Origin: Pyrinomonadaceae bacterium | GTDB lineage: Bacteria; Acidobacteriota; Blastocatellia; Pyrinomonadales; Pyrinomonadaceae | Reading direction: 5' to 3' | DNA length: 64,000 nt | NCBI GenBank assembly: GCA_014534425.1 | Contig: JACVRN010000003.1 | Location: 11,391 to 75,390, forward strand | Shown here: positions 54,459 to 64,000 of the stretch, one piece after another | Layout: each line of letters begins with the position of its first letter | How positions within the stretch are numbered: position 1 is the first letter of the stretch | Position numbers and translations under genes: made by a program | Notes under the pieces: model-generated | What the model saw: the letters and a program-made list of their open reading frames with translations, nothing else | Databases searched by the model: none | Told to the model about the DNA's origin: nothing

Positions 54459-55598
54459 TCAAACAAATGTAGCGAATACTTCGTTCGATAACAACGCGCC
54501 CGTGCGCGTTAGTTTCAAGAGGTCGTCTGTTATCTCAATCAACCCTGCTTCCTTCAGGCGCGCGAGGTTGTCGGCTTGTTCCGCGCGCAGGTCACGGCCA
54601 AAGCGTCTCTGATACTCGTGCAGGCTTATTCCGCGCAAGAGTCGCAGTCCGAGAAAGACTGCTTCGGCTTCCACATCCTGACGGCTCAGTTCCATGCTCT
54701 CGACCAGGGGCGAGCGCCCCGCTTCGATTAGCTCCGTATAACGGGCGGCGTCGCGCTCGTTAGACCAGCGTCTGCGTGCGCCGTCGAAGCTGTGCGCGGA
54801 GCAGCCGAAGCCGTAAGTCGGATGGCCCAGCCAGTATTTAGAGTTATGGCGCGACTCGAAACCCGCGAGCGAGAGGTTTGAAATCTCGTAATGAGTGTAG
54901 CCCGCGCGTGAAGCTTCGTTGAGCATCAGGCGATACATCTCTGCCGCGAGGTCTTCGTCCGTGTGAGGCATGCGCCCGCGCCTGATTTGCTCCGCGAGCG
55001 GCGTGCCCTCGTGAACTTCCAGAAGATAGAAGGAGAGATGTTCGGGGCGAAGCTTCAAAGCTTCGTCAAGATTGCGCGCCCACGCTTCCAGGGTTTGACC
55101 AGGCAAACCGGCTATGAGGTCAAAGCTGACGTTTCGGAATCCAGCTTCGCGCAGATACTTTATTGTAAGCCGCACGTCTTCAGCCGTGTGCGTGCGTCCA
55201 AGCTGGCGCAACTCGTCGTCGTCGAAAGTCTGCGCGCCGAAGCTCGCGCGATTGATGCCCAGATGCCGGAACTCTCTCAGGATTTCGGGCGTCAACGTGC
55301 CCGGATTCATCTCCATAGTCACTTCCGCATCCTGGCGTATACGAAAGCGGGAGCGTACGGCTTCGAGAATGGTTTCGACCTGCGCGGGTGAAAGCAGAGA
55401 GGGTGTGCCGCCGCCGAAGTAGATGGTGTCGGCTTCACATGCTTCATTCTCAAGCGCGGGGAACGCTCTTATCTCTTGTGCTAAAGCACGCACATAGCGT
55501 TCGGCCAGTGGCGCTGCGTAAGTGCCCGTGGCGAAATCGCAGTAGGAGCAACGCGCGCGACAGAAGGGAATGTGTATGTAGATTCCTGCCAGGCTCAT
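54459..55598 (-). CDS. hemW: Radical SAM heme chaperone HemW (HemN-like, oxygen-independent coproporphyrinogen oxidase family)
   Basis: IYIHIPFCRARCSYCDF and GGGTPS motifs. At 379 aa its length is typical of HemW. Confidence 0.85.
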   Translation of the reverse strand: MSLAGIYIHIPFCRARCSYCDFATGTYAAPLAERYVRALAQEIRAFPALENEACEADTIYFGGGTPSLLSPAQVETILEAVRSRFRIRQDAEVTMEMNPGTLTPEILREFRHLGINRASFGAQTFDDDELRQLGRTHTAEDVRLTIKYLREAGFRNVSFDLIAGLPGQTLEAWARNLDEALKLRPEHLSFYLLEVHEGTPLAEQIRRGRMPHTDEDLAAEMYRLMLNEASRAGYTHYEISNLSLAGFESRHNSKYWLGHPTYGFGCSAHSFDGARRRWSNERDAARYTELIEAGRSPLVESMELSRQDVEAEAVFLGLRLLRGISLHEYQRRFGRDLRAEQADNLARLKEAGLIEITDDLLKLTRTGALLSNEVFATFV

Positions 55599-55891
55599 CT
55601 TGAAAAACTAGATTATAACATGGCGGGGCGAGCAGTCGCTCTTAGATGGCGATGTATCAATCGTTACAGTGTGTATAAATTCTGTCCGACTCTGGGCGGC
55701 GCGCAAAAGCAGGTGAGGCGCAGATTTCCCAGGAAAACGAAGCTTCAGCCGGAAAAGCTGGCGCGGCATGCCGGTTGATTATCTAAAGTGGAACGAACAA
55801 AGGGAGTGTACGAAGTGGCTACGCGGCTGAGACCGCTCGGGCGTGGCTTCTTATTATCGCTTAACGAACTGAAAGGGAGGAATTTTTCCAG

Positions 55892-56170
55892 ATGGCAGAT
55901 CAACAGAATCAGAACAAGGGTCAAGATAAGGGTCAAGCACAGGGCGCAACCGCAGGCGCGCAGCCTGGACAGGGCGCTCAAGGCCAGCAACAGGGACAAC
56001 AGCCCGAGCAGAATCGCCAGGGCAATCAGCCTGCGGGACAGACCGGACAGGGCGCTCAAGGCTCATCCCAACAGAATAATCCGCAGGGAAGCTCACAGCA
56101 GGATCGTCCAGAGATAGGCGGCCCGCAAGGCGGATCAGAGCGCGGCCCGCAGGGCGGACAGAATCGTTAA
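55892..56170 (+). CDS. Gln/Gly/Asn-rich low-complexity (probably disordered) 92-aa protein
   Basis: An AGGGAGG ribosome-binding site lies about 10 nt before the ATG. A perfect terminator follows at 56211-56254. Overlapping ORFs in other frames are low-complexity artefacts. Confidence 0.6.
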   Translation: MADQQNQNKGQDKGQAQGATAGAQPGQGAQGQQQGQQPEQNRQGNQPAGQTGQGAQGSSQQNNPQGSSQQDRPEIGGPQGGSERGPQGGQNR

Positions 56171-56210
56171 GCGCGATTCCGATTCCGCTCAATTTTTTCA
56201 CCTGTAAAGT

Positions 56211-56254
56211 AAAAGCGCATGGCGTAGTTCCTGACGACGCCATGCGCTTTTTTC
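56211..56254. terminator. Bidirectional intrinsic terminator
   Basis: AAAAGCGCATGGCGT ... ACGCCATGCGCTTTTTT. It lies between the convergent Q-rich gene and the dipeptidase gene. Confidence 0.8.
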
Positions 56255-56289
56255 AAACTCCTGAAAGAGATAATCAACTCGCTTCGCCG

Positions 56290-57600
56290 CTAAGGCTTTT
56301 TTATCTCCAATTTTTTCTGGCTGCCTTCGCCGCTAATGGTGCGGCTCGAACGACGCGCCACCTCTTCGGCACGCGCGAAGGCTCGCAGCAGATTCTCGCC
56401 CAAAACCTTTCGTATGTCCTGCTCCGTGTAGCCGCGTTTGAGCAGTTCGTACGTGATGTTCGGCAGTTGCGCTATGTCCTGCATACCTTGCGGAAGACTC
56501 GGCACGCCGTCGAAGTCAGAACCCAAGCCAACGTGGTCTATGCCTGCGACTTTGGCTATGTGGTCTATGTGGTCAATGAGGATTGAAAGCGGCGTGACGG
56601 GAAGAGGGTTGGCGGCAAACAGCTTGTTGCGCTCCTCCTGAAGCCGCGCGGGATTATCCTTGTACTGTTCGCTCAAGGCATCCAGTTGCGGCTTGAGCCG
56701 AGCGTTGCGCTCCGCGCCTGCGTCTATAACCTTCTGGTCTATGAAGCCCGGAAAGAAGTTGACCATGACGACGCCGCCGTTTTTCGCTATGCGGCGCAGC
56801 AGTTCGTCAGGGATGTTGCGCCTGTGATTAGCCAGAGCGCGAGCAGAAGAATGAGAGGCTATGATGGGCGCGCTCGATACATCCAGCACGTCCGACATGG
56901 TCTTGTCTGAAACGTGCGAGATGTCTATGAGCATCCCTAAGCGATTCATCTCGCGCACGACCTCGCGCCCGAAGTCCGACAGCCCGTTATTGCGCGCAGT
57001 ATCGCAGCAGGAATCCGCCCAGTCGTTGGTGTTGTTGTGCGTCAGGGTCATGTAGCGTATGCCCAGACGATAAAAGTCCCTGAGCGCGCCCAGAGAGTTT
57101 TCTATGGCGTGGCCGCCTTCAATGCCCATCAGCGCAGCAATCTTCTTCTGGCGTTTGGCGCGGCGAATGTCCGCCGTGGAAGTCGCTATGAAGAAGTTGT
57201 TCGGGTAACGCTCTGCAAGACGATAGACGCTGTCAATCATGTCCATAGCCCGCCGCGCAGAGCCGCCCTCCTTGGCATACTTTTGATCCACGTAGATTGA
57301 GAAGAACTGACCCGTCATGCCGCCCTGCTTCATGCGCGCGATGTCCGTGTGATACTTGCCGACCGAAGGCGTACCCAGGTCGTAGCCTTCGTCAATCATG
57401 GGCGAAGTGATGTCGTTGTGCCCGTCAACGACAATAGCCTTGCGATGAATCTCAAGCGCCCTGCGCCACAAACGCTCGTCCCTCTGCGGCTCAACTTGCG
57501 CGCCCGCGCGCGGAAGCACCAGGGCAAGCAAAGACAAAAGCAGAAACAGGAGGACGCCCGCGCGTCTGCGGAATATAGTTTTCTCTTTATTCATCGACAA
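56290..57600 (-). CDS. Membrane dipeptidase (peptidase M19 family)
   Basis: VVDGHNDI, LTHNNTN, IDISHVSD and GLGSDFDG motifs, plus a signal peptide. Confidence 0.9.
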   Translation of the reverse strand: MSMNKEKTIFRRRAGVLLFLLLSLLALVLPRAGAQVEPQRDERLWRRALEIHRKAIVVDGHNDITSPMIDEGYDLGTPSVGKYHTDIARMKQGGMTGQFFSIYVDQKYAKEGGSARRAMDMIDSVYRLAERYPNNFFIATSTADIRRAKRQKKIAALMGIEGGHAIENSLGALRDFYRLGIRYMTLTHNNTNDWADSCCDTARNNGLSDFGREVVREMNRLGMLIDISHVSDKTMSDVLDVSSAPIIASHSSARALANHRRNIPDELLRRIAKNGGVVMVNFFPGFIDQKVIDAGAERNARLKPQLDALSEQYKDNPARLQEERNKLFAANPLPVTPLSILIDHIDHIAKVAGIDHVGLGSDFDGVPSLPQGMQDIAQLPNITYELLKRGYTEQDIRKVLGENLLRAFARAEEVARRSSRTISGEGSQKKLEIKKP

Positions 57601-57603
57601 AAG

Positions 57604-57713
57604 AAATTAACAGGGATAGACAGGATAGACAAGATAAAAGATATTGATTCATTTGTTCATTTCTTCATTGAATCAATGAACCGATGAACCGATGAATCAA
57701 TATCTTTACCTGG
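57604..57713. repeat. Family-C composite element with a truncated right outer arm
   Basis: AAATTAACAGGGATAGACAGGATAGACAAGATAAAAGA is followed by a TTGATTCATTTGTTCAT...ATGAACCGATGAACCGATGAATCAA palindrome. Confidence 0.8.
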
Positions 57714-57717
57714 GAAT

Positions 57718-59337
57718 TTACAGGACGAATTCGGAGTAGACTTCGCGCTTGCTCTGTTTGGCGCGCTTGGCCTGCTTGTCGCGGTACATGGCCTTGTCCG
57801 CCTGCGCGATTAGTTCTTCAATCGAGGTGTTGATTTCAGGATTGAAATGCACCACGCCTACGCTCAGAGACAGGTCGAAGGGGCGCGTCTCCTGTTGATT
57901 GTAGCTCTCAAGGTTCTCCCAGAGGCGGGCTGTGACGACGCGCTCGGCAGCGAGTTCGCTGTCTTCGAGCGCGAGGATGGTGAACTCGTCGCCGCCCAGT
58001 CGAGCTATGATGTCTGACTCGCGGAAAGACTTTTTCAGAATCTCCGCCACGGAGCGAAGCGCTTCGTCTCCGGCCTTGTGGCCGTACGTGTCATTCAGCT
58101 TTTTCAAGCCGTCGAGGTCTGCGAAGACCAGCGTGAAGCCGTGGCCCGTGCGCTGCGTCAGCCTTACCTGCTGCTCTGCCAGAGCAAGAAAGCCTCTGCG
58201 GTTGTACAGGCCCGTGAGGTCGTCTAGCAGCGAGAGACTTCTGAGGGTCTCTTCCGTGCGCTTGCGTTCCATGATGTCGCGCGCTATGCCCTGCACGCCC
58301 ACAGGCTGGCCGCCCTTGAAGATGACGCGCGTGCTAACTTCGAGCGGAATACGATGGCCGTCCTTGGCGAAGATTTCCAACTCGTAGCGCGTCGGAAGAT
58401 CATCCGTAGCCTTGCGCTCTATCATCTCGCGCGCGGTCTTCAGGTATTTGGGCACGACCACCTGCGCTATGTTGAGCCGCAGCGCTTCGTCCAGCGTGTA
58501 TCCGGTGATGCTCTGGCCCGCAAGGTTGAGCGAGGTGAAGTTGCCCTTCAGGTCATGCGTGTAAACGAGGTCGTTGGCGTTCTCGAAAAGCTCTCTGTAG
58601 CGCTCTTCGGATTCGCGCAGCGCCTCTTCCGCCTGTTTGCGTTTCGTGATGTCGCGCGCAATGCCCTGCACGCCAATGGGCTTTCCGTCTTCGTAGATGA
58701 GTTGCGTGCTAATCTCAAGCGGGACGCGCCGCCCGTCCTTAGTGATTATCTCCAACTGGTAAAAGGTCTGAGGCTGCGCGTCCGCGACCTTGCGCGCAAT
58801 CATACGGCGCGCAAGTTCTATGTATTCGGGCGCGACGACGCGCGCGACGTTCATCCCCAGGGCCTCTTCGCGCGTGTAGCCCGTGATGCGCTCGCCAACC
58901 TTGTTCAGAGAGGTGTAGTTGCCGTCCAAGTCGTGCGTGTAGATGATGTCGCTGGCGTTCTCGAAAAGCTCTCTGAGGCTCTCTTCAGAGCTTCTGAGCG
59001 CCTCTTCCGCAGCCTTGCGCGTGGAGAAGAGCCAAACGAAAAGCAGCGAGTTGAAGACGAAGACCAGAAGCCGCAGCAGGTCTCCACGGCTCGCAAAGTT
59101 CAAGGAGTAGAGCGGCTGTATGAGAAAGAGTTTGCTGATGACGGCGGACAGTGCCGTGGCGACCAGCCCCGGCCCGTAGCCGCCGCGCCAGGAGCTTAAA
59201 AGCACCGCGAAAAAGAGCAGCACGAAAGGGGTCTCGCGCATTCCAGGCCACAGCACCAGCGTTACCGTGATGCTTGCTGTGACTAGAAGAACCGAGAGCA
59301 GATAACCGAACAGGGGATAGCGTTTCTGGTCAGGCAT
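57718..59337 (-). CDS. Membrane-anchored PAS-PAS-GGDEF diguanylate cyclase
   Basis: Four N-terminal TM segments. Two closely similar PAS modules (LRELFENASDIIYTHDL / YRELFENANDLVYTHDL). A GGDEF domain (GGDEF). Confidence 0.9.
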   Translation of the reverse strand: MPDQKRYPLFGYLLSVLLVTASITVTLVLWPGMRETPFVLLFFAVLLSSWRGGYGPGLVATALSAVISKLFLIQPLYSLNFASRGDLLRLLVFVFNSLLFVWLFSTRKAAEEALRSSEESLRELFENASDIIYTHDLDGNYTSLNKVGERITGYTREEALGMNVARVVAPEYIELARRMIARKVADAQPQTFYQLEIITKDGRRVPLEISTQLIYEDGKPIGVQGIARDITKRKQAEEALRESEERYRELFENANDLVYTHDLKGNFTSLNLAGQSITGYTLDEALRLNIAQVVVPKYLKTAREMIERKATDDLPTRYELEIFAKDGHRIPLEVSTRVIFKGGQPVGVQGIARDIMERKRTEETLRSLSLLDDLTGLYNRRGFLALAEQQVRLTQRTGHGFTLVFADLDGLKKLNDTYGHKAGDEALRSVAEILKKSFRESDIIARLGGDEFTILALEDSELAAERVVTARLWENLESYNQQETRPFDLSLSVGVVHFNPEINTSIEELIAQADKAMYRDKQAKRAKQSKREVYSEFVL

Positions 59338-59683
59338 GATCTTCTTAAACCGACGCGCGAGGGCCGCGCTTCAAGGTCTTATTTAAGATGTCCCGCGAGC
59401 TAAAATCGTTGGCGAGGGTTGCCCCCAGGTTAAACCTGGACGAAGAGCCTGAAAAGCTTTTGCTGCCTGCCGGTCAGACACCGCGCCCGACCGCGCTTCC
59501 CCCTTATCATAGCAAATAATCACCGGATTACAGCCAGGAAGTTATTGGAATCCGTGCTGGCGAATCGTTGTCGCATGGTGCCGTTCTGTGGTACATCCTA
59601 GAGGCACGAGGGGCAGTGCGATTATTTCATCGGAATAAATACTAAACGTCATAGTAATTTCTCTGTGGAGTTGTTTGCAGATT

Positions 59684-61639
59684 ATGTCGCAGCCTACGCC
59701 AAATATCGAATCGGTGTTGCACGAAGAGCGCGTCTTCCCGCCGCCGGAAGATTTCTCAAGCCGCGCGCTCATAGGCTCTATGCAGGAGTACGAGCGACTG
59801 TGGCAGGAGGCGCACGACGCGCCCGAAGAGTTCTGGGCGCGCATGGCGGAAGAGCTTCACTGGTTCAAGCGCTGGGACACTGTTCTGAAGTGGGAGCCGC
59901 CGCACGCTGAATGGTTCGTAGGCGGGCGATTGAATATCTCCTACAACTGTCTAGACCGGCACCTTGAAACGTGGCGGCGCAACAAGGCTGCGATTATCTG
60001 GGAGGGAGAGCCGGGCGAGCAGCGCACGCTCACTTACGGGCAACTGCACGCGCAGGTCTGCCGCTTCGCTAATGTCTTGAAGCGCGAGGGCGTGACAAAA
60101 GGCGACCGCGTTGCGCTCTACATGCCGCTCATTCCTGAGCTTGCCATCTCCATGCTGGCCTGCGCTCGCATAGGCGCGACTCATTCCGTCATCTTCGGCG
60201 GCTTCTCCACGCAGGCTCTCATAGACCGCATCAACGACGCTGGCTGCAAGCTGGTGGTGACAGCCGACGGCGGCTACCGTAGAGGCTCGGAGATAAAGCT
60301 CAAGCCCGCCGTTGACGAGGCGCTGAAAGAGACGCCTTCCGTTAAGGGCTGCATAGTTGTTCGCCGCACGGGCACGCGCATTAACATGCAGGCGGGCCGC
60401 GACTACTGGTGGCACGAGTTGATGGAGACGGTGAGCGCCAACTGCCCTGCGGAAGAGCTTGAGAGCGAGCACCCGCTATATATTCTTTACACCTCCGGCA
60501 CGACCGGAAAACCTAAAGGCATACTGCACACGACCGCAGGCTACCTGCTTCAAACGCATCTGACTACGAAGTGGATATTCGACCTGCGCGACGAAGACCT
60601 GTACTGGTGCACGGCTGACATAGGCTGGGTGACGGGACACTCTTACGTGGTCTACGGCCCGCTTTCAAACGGCGCGACTGCGTTGATGTACGAGGGCGCG
60701 CCGAATTATCCTGAAGCCGACAGGTTCTGGGACATTATAGAGCGCCACCGCGTCAGCATCTTCTACACAGCGCCGACAGCCATACGCGCCTTCATCAAGT
60801 GGGGCGAGCACTGGCCGCTTCGTCACGACCTCTCTTCTCTGCGCTTGCTAGGCACGGTCGGAGAGCCTATCAACCCTGAAGCCTGGATGTGGTACAGGGA
60901 GATTATAGGCAAGGCTCGCTGCCCCATCGTAGATACCTGGTGGCAGACGGAGACGGGCGCGATTATGATAAGCCCTCTGCCGGGCGCTACACCCGCCAAG
61001 CCCGGCTCTGCTACGCGGCCTCTGCCCGGAATAGAGGTTGACGTGATGACACGAGCGGGCCAGCCCGTCGGCGAAGGCGAAGGCGGCTATCTAGTCATCA
61101 AGCGCCCCTGGCCCTCCATGCTTCGCACCATCTGGGGAGACGACGAGCGCTATCGTAAGCAGTACTGGTCTGAAATTCCCGGCGTCTATTTCGCGGGCGA
61201 CGGAGCGCGCCGAGACCAGGACGGGTATTTCTGGATCATGGGGCGCGTTGATGATGTGATAAATGTGAGCGGGCACCGCCTGGGGACTGCGGAGGTCGAG
61301 AGCGCGCTCGTCTCGCATGAAGCGGTGGCGGAAGCGGCTGTCGTGGCAAGGCCGGACGAGATTAAAGGCTCTGCCATCGTGGCCTTCGTCACGCTCGAAG
61401 GCTCGCACAAGTCTTCGGACGAATTGAAGGAGACCTTGCGCCGCCACGTCACAAAGGAGATAGGTGCTCTGGCGCGGCCCGACGAGATACGCTTTACGGA
61501 CGCTCTGCCGAAGACGCGCTCCGGCAAGATTATGCGAAGGCTCCTGCGCGAAATAGCCTCAAGCGGCTCGGTCGCTGGCGACACAACCACACTCGAAGAC
61601 TTTTCCGTCTTGGAGAAACTGCGTGCGGACGAGGAATAA
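59684..61639 (+). CDS. acs: Acetyl-coenzyme A synthetase
   Basis: [14 protein letters not shown]-binding motif, WWQTETG, and a C-terminal [15 protein letters not shown] at 59675 is an alternative start. Confidence 0.95.
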   Translation: MSQPTPNIESVLHEERVFPPPEDFSSRALIGSMQEYERLWQEAHDAPEEFWARMAEELHWFKRWDTVLKWEPPHAEWFVGGRLNISYNCLDRHLETWRRNKAAIIWEGEPGEQRTLTYGQLHAQVCRFANVLKREGVTKGDRVALYMPLIPELAISMLACARIGATHSVIFGGFSTQALIDRINDAGCKLVVTADGGYRRGSEIKLKPAVDEALKETPSVKGCIVVRRTGTRINMQAGRDYWWHELMETVSANCPAEELESEHPLYILYTSGTTGKPKGILHTTAGYLLQTHLTTKWIFDLRDEDLYWCTADIGWVTGHSYVVYGPLSNGATALMYEGAPNYPEADRFWDIIERHRVSIFYTAPTAIRAFIKWGEHWPLRHDLSSLRLLGTVGEPINPEAWMWYREIIGKARCPIVDTWWQTETGAIMISPLPGATPAKPGSATRPLPGIEVDVMTRAGQPVGEGEGGYLVIKRPWPSMLRTIWGDDERYRKQYWSEIPGVYFAGDGARRDQDGYFWIMGRVDDVINVSGHRLGTAEVESALVSHEAVAEAAVVARPDEIKGSAIVAFVTLEGSHKSSDELKETLRRHVTKEIGALARPDEIRFTDALPKTRSGKIMRRLLREIASSGSVAGDTTTLEDFSVLEKLRADEE

Positions 61640-61695
61640 AAGAAGTACTGAGTGAAGAAGGAATCTTTTACTCAGTATTGTTTCAGGAGGTATGT

Positions 61696-62106
61696 ATGCC
61701 CCGGCAGATAACACTTGAGAATAGGACTGGCCCTCGCTATCTGGCCTCGCTTGAGGTGCGGGCAGAGTGGGATGATGAAAACGGCACGCATTACGTGGCG
61801 GAGGGGACTACGGAGAACGTAGGCCCCGAAGGCGCGCTCATACATTTGCAGCGAGAGTTGCCCGACGTGGGCAGCCGCGTGCAGCTTAGGGTCTTGAGCG
61901 AAGAGGGCGAAAAGCTGAGCGTCGTAACGGAAGTCCTGAGGCTGGAGCGAAACCCTGGGCACCCGCTCGCGGCGCTTCAACTCATCAACGGCTCCGACGA
62001 ATGGCGCGGCCTCGTCTGGGAGCCAGCCGCCCCGCAGGTCTCTCATCCTGATACGGACGAAGGCGAGGACGGCGACGAAGAAGAGGTTGAAGAGACCACG
62101 CACTGA
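61696..62106 (+). CDS. PilZ-domain-like protein with an acidic C-terminal tail
   Basis: An AGGAGG lies 5 nt upstream of the ATG at 61696. RTGPRY...GTTENVGPEGALI resembles the RxxxR...DxSxxG PilZ pattern. Confidence 0.5.
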   Translation: MPRQITLENRTGPRYLASLEVRAEWDDENGTHYVAEGTTENVGPEGALIHLQRELPDVGSRVQLRVLSEEGEKLSVVTEVLRLERNPGHPLAALQLINGSDEWRGLVWEPAAPQVSHPDTDEGEDGDEEEVEETTH

Positions 62107-62109
62107 AAC

Positions 62110-62195
62110 ACAGTTTTCAGTTTTGAGTTTTCAGTTTTAAGCCGTGACCCTGTTGCTTTTAACTGAAAACTGATTACTGAAAACTGAAAACTGTT
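62110..62195. repeat. Family-B hairpin, (TTTTCAG)n heptad arms
   Basis: CAGTTTTCAGTTTTGAGTTTTCAGTT faces AACTGAAAACTGATTACTGAAAACTGAAAACTG. Confidence 0.85.
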
Positions 62196-62197
62196 TT

Positions 62198-63529
62198 ATG
62201 GATAAGAAGACGCAAGAGGTGGCTGAGACGGCTGCGGTGACGGCGACCGAAGTTGGCTGGATGCGTACGCGTTTCATCCTGCGTGTGATTTTCACGGCCA
62301 TCTTGGTCTGGTTTGCGGCGCGTGCCCTGCTGTGGGCTTTTCAGGCGCTTGAGAGCGTGATACTGCTGGTGGTGCTCTCCATCTTCTTCGCCTATCTGAT
62401 AGCGCCTCTGGTCGAAGTCGTGCGCCGCCCTTTTCGTTTACGCGGGCGCGAGCACATCATGCCGCGCCCCTTGGCAATCGCCGCCGTTTACGTCGGCATC
62501 TTCGGCTCCATAGCATTGGCCCTCTATTTCCTGCTGCCGGGCCTTGGCAATCAGTTGACGCAGTTCGCCAAGAACGCGCCCGGATATTTCACTTCGGCCC
62601 GCGCCCGCGCGCAGAGCATGAACGATTTTTACGAGCGCTACAGGATTCCTCAGTCGGCGCGCGAAGCCATTAACCGCAACGTCACGCACGTCATAGAAAC
62701 AGCCGGAGCTTATACGACCGAGGGCTTGGGAAATATTCTTCTCAGCTCTTTGACCTACCTGCCGTGGCTGATACTGATTCCCATATTGGCCTTCTTTCTG
62801 CTCAAAGACGCGGACAGCTTTCGGCGCTCGGCCTTGCAGATGTTGCCGCGCGGGCGCTGGCGATGGCGCGGCGACGAGTTCTTTCAAGATGTTAATTCAA
62901 CCTTGGCCGCTTACATACGCGCGCAACTCACTGCCTGCTTGCTGATTGGTCTTATCTGCTCGATAGGGTTTTACCTGATAGGCATGCCGTACTGGCTGGC
63001 CCTTGGCATAGTCGCGGGGCTTCTGGAATTCATCCCGCTCGTAGGGCCGCTCACCATCGCCATCGTCTCCGCGCTCATAGCCAGCTTCTACTCCTTTAAC
63101 CAGTCGCTCCTGGTGCTGCTCTTTCTGGGCGTGCTGCGTATAGTGCATGATTACGTCGTCTACCCGCGCATCATAGGGCAGGGCATTCACCTGCATCCGT
63201 TGGCCGTCATCCTCTCCATCCTCGCGGGGGCGGAACTCGCTGGCATTGCCGGAATCTTTCTGGCTATCCCGGTCGTAGCCATAGGCACTGTCAGCTATCG
63301 CCACTGGCTTGAGCATCGAGGCAGCGAGGGACTCGTGGCAGACCTGCTCAAGCCCAAAGAGGGAGAGGCGGGCGCGATGTTGGGAGAAGATGGGCAGCCT
63401 GCGGAGGAAGTGAAACTGCCTGAGCTTGAAGAGCTGCGCCCAAGCCAAACGACTACGCCGGAAGAGATGGCGCGCGTGCGCCCAGACCTCACCACGGGAG
63501 AACTGAAATTGCCGAAGCAGATTGATTAA
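62198..63529 (+). CDS. AI-2E family transporter (PerM/YhhT, UPF0118)
   Basis: Eight TM segments. The GLLEFIPLVGP motif is typical of the family. Confidence 0.8.
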   Translation: MDKKTQEVAETAAVTATEVGWMRTRFILRVIFTAILVWFAARALLWAFQALESVILLVVLSIFFAYLIAPLVEVVRRPFRLRGREHIMPRPLAIAAVYVGIFGSIALALYFLLPGLGNQLTQFAKNAPGYFTSARARAQSMNDFYERYRIPQSAREAINRNVTHVIETAGAYTTEGLGNILLSSLTYLPWLILIPILAFFLLKDADSFRRSALQMLPRGRWRWRGDEFFQDVNSTLAAYIRAQLTACLLIGLICSIGFYLIGMPYWLALGIVAGLLEFIPLVGPLTIAIVSALIASFYSFNQSLLVLLFLGVLRIVHDYVVYPRIIGQGIHLHPLAVILSILAGAELAGIAGIFLAIPVVAIGTVSYRHWLEHRGSEGLVADLLKPKEGEAGAMLGEDGQPAEEVKLPELEELRPSQTTTPEEMARVRPDLTTGELKLPKQID

Positions 63530-63543
63530 CTGTCTGGAAAGTA

Positions 63544-64000
63544 ATGAGCGCGCTGACTACGAAAACGAAAGAGCTTTCGGGGGACGAAAGCGCGACTCTT
63601 AACAAGAGCGGCAGAAAGATTCTTGACGTAGGATGCGGGCGCAACAAGACGCCCGGCGCAATCGGGCTTGATTCGAACGAGCGCACAGACGCCGACGTGA
63701 TTCATGACTTGGGCGACCTGCCATACCCGTTCCCCGATGACGAGTTCGACGAAGTGATAGGCAATCACGTCATAGAGCATGTGCCGGACGTGATGGCCTT
63801 CGTCTCCGAGCTTTATCGTGTGACGAAGCCGGGCGGGCGCATCAAAATCCTGACGCCGCATTATTCCAATCCCGACTGGCCCAACGACCCGACGCACAGG
63901 AATCATTTGAACAGCTACTCCTTCAACTATTTTCTCGAAGACCCAAGGCACCGCAACTTTCCCTTTTACACGGACGTTCAATTAAGGACGCGCCGCATGC
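63544..64000 (+). CDS. Class I SAM-dependent methyltransferase (3'-truncated by the window end)
   Basis: The ATG at 63544 gives ...KILDVGCGRNKTPGAIGLD...DEVIGNHVIEHV...LYRVTKPGGRIKI (motifs I and post-I). It is not in the ORF track because no stop occurs in the window. The tracked minus-strand ORF 63526-63981 is its antisense shadow. Confidence 0.75.
   Translation, partial: MSALTTKTKELSGDESATLNKSGRKILDVGCGRNKTPGAIGLDSNERTDADVIHDLGDLPYPFPDDEFDEVIGNHVIEHVPDVMAFVSELYRVTKPGGRIKILTPHYSNPDWPNDPTHRNHLNSYSFNYFLEDPRHRNFPFYTDVQLRTRRM

Noticed and set aside
55745-56243. Three further ORFs overlapping the Q/G-rich gene: 55745-56059 (minus), 55788-56117 (plus) and 55854-56243 (minus).
   Set aside because: The low-complexity CAG/GGC-rich DNA stays open in several frames. 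Only the 55892-56170 frame has a ribosome-binding site and a terminator correctly placed.
59542-59844. A 100-aa minus-strand ORF spanning the acs start region.
   Set aside because: It overlaps the conserved acs N-terminus in antisense and has no supporting signals.
63526-63981. A 151-aa minus-strand ORF at the window end.
   Set aside because: The plus strand here encodes a clear SAM-dependent methyltransferase (ILDVGCG..., KPGGRIKI). That gene is missing from the track only because it runs off the window, so the minus-strand ORF is its antisense shadow.
1-64000. A search by eye for tRNA, rRNA, tmRNA, RNase P and SRP RNA signatures in all intergenic spacers.
   Set aside because: I saw no cloverleaf-compatible segments or conserved cores. 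Scanning by eye is weak for tRNAs, so tRNAscan-SE or Infernal should still be run.

Overview
A 64-kb, gene-dense bacterial chromosomal window. By eye it is about 58-62% G+C (not computed). It mostly carries housekeeping and cell-envelope genes. Protein-family resemblances suggest an Acidobacteriota-like organism, but I cannot verify that here.

Confidently recognised genes:
- Central and cofactor metabolism: glcD-like FAD oxidase, pyk, carA, ribBA, ribE, cmk, ltaE, hemW, acs, acpS, pgeF.
- Envelope and secretion: PBP1A, a tamB-bamA-surA-like block, lepB, an M50 protease, and a Lol-like ABC set with LolA-like and LolB-like proteins.
- Other: rlmN, yacG, two further ABC systems, and c-di-GMP components (REC-GGDEF, PAS-PAS-GGDEF, PilZ).

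The one clear accessory region is a 3,282-bp AT-rich IS1-family cargo transposon at 26855-30136.
- It has 23/25-matching terminal inverted repeats that begin GGTAGTG.
- It is flanked by an intact 8-bp target-site duplication, CCGGCGGT.
- Besides the transposase, it carries an untracked 54-aa ORF coupled to the transposase gene, an XRE/HigA-like HTH fused to an ImmA/IrrE (M78) peptidase, an unrecognisable 167-aa acidic-tailed protein, and a convergent Lys-rich 88-aa protein.
- This cassette is my best candidate for an uncharacterised toxin-antitoxin, abortive-infection or regulatory module.

The second notable signal is an unusually dense set of intergenic hairpins whose arms are built from 6-8-nt tandem repeats. 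There are at least four sequence families, and copies recur at unlinked gene 3' ends.
- One hairpin carries a complete four-helix-bundle (23S-rRNA-IVS-protein family) gene in its loop.
- A 19-mer attached to two of these elements supplies the stop codon or C-terminal codons of two unrelated genes.

I found no rRNA, tRNA or CRISPR array. All functional calls are motif- and family-level inferences from the translated ORFs; no database search was run.
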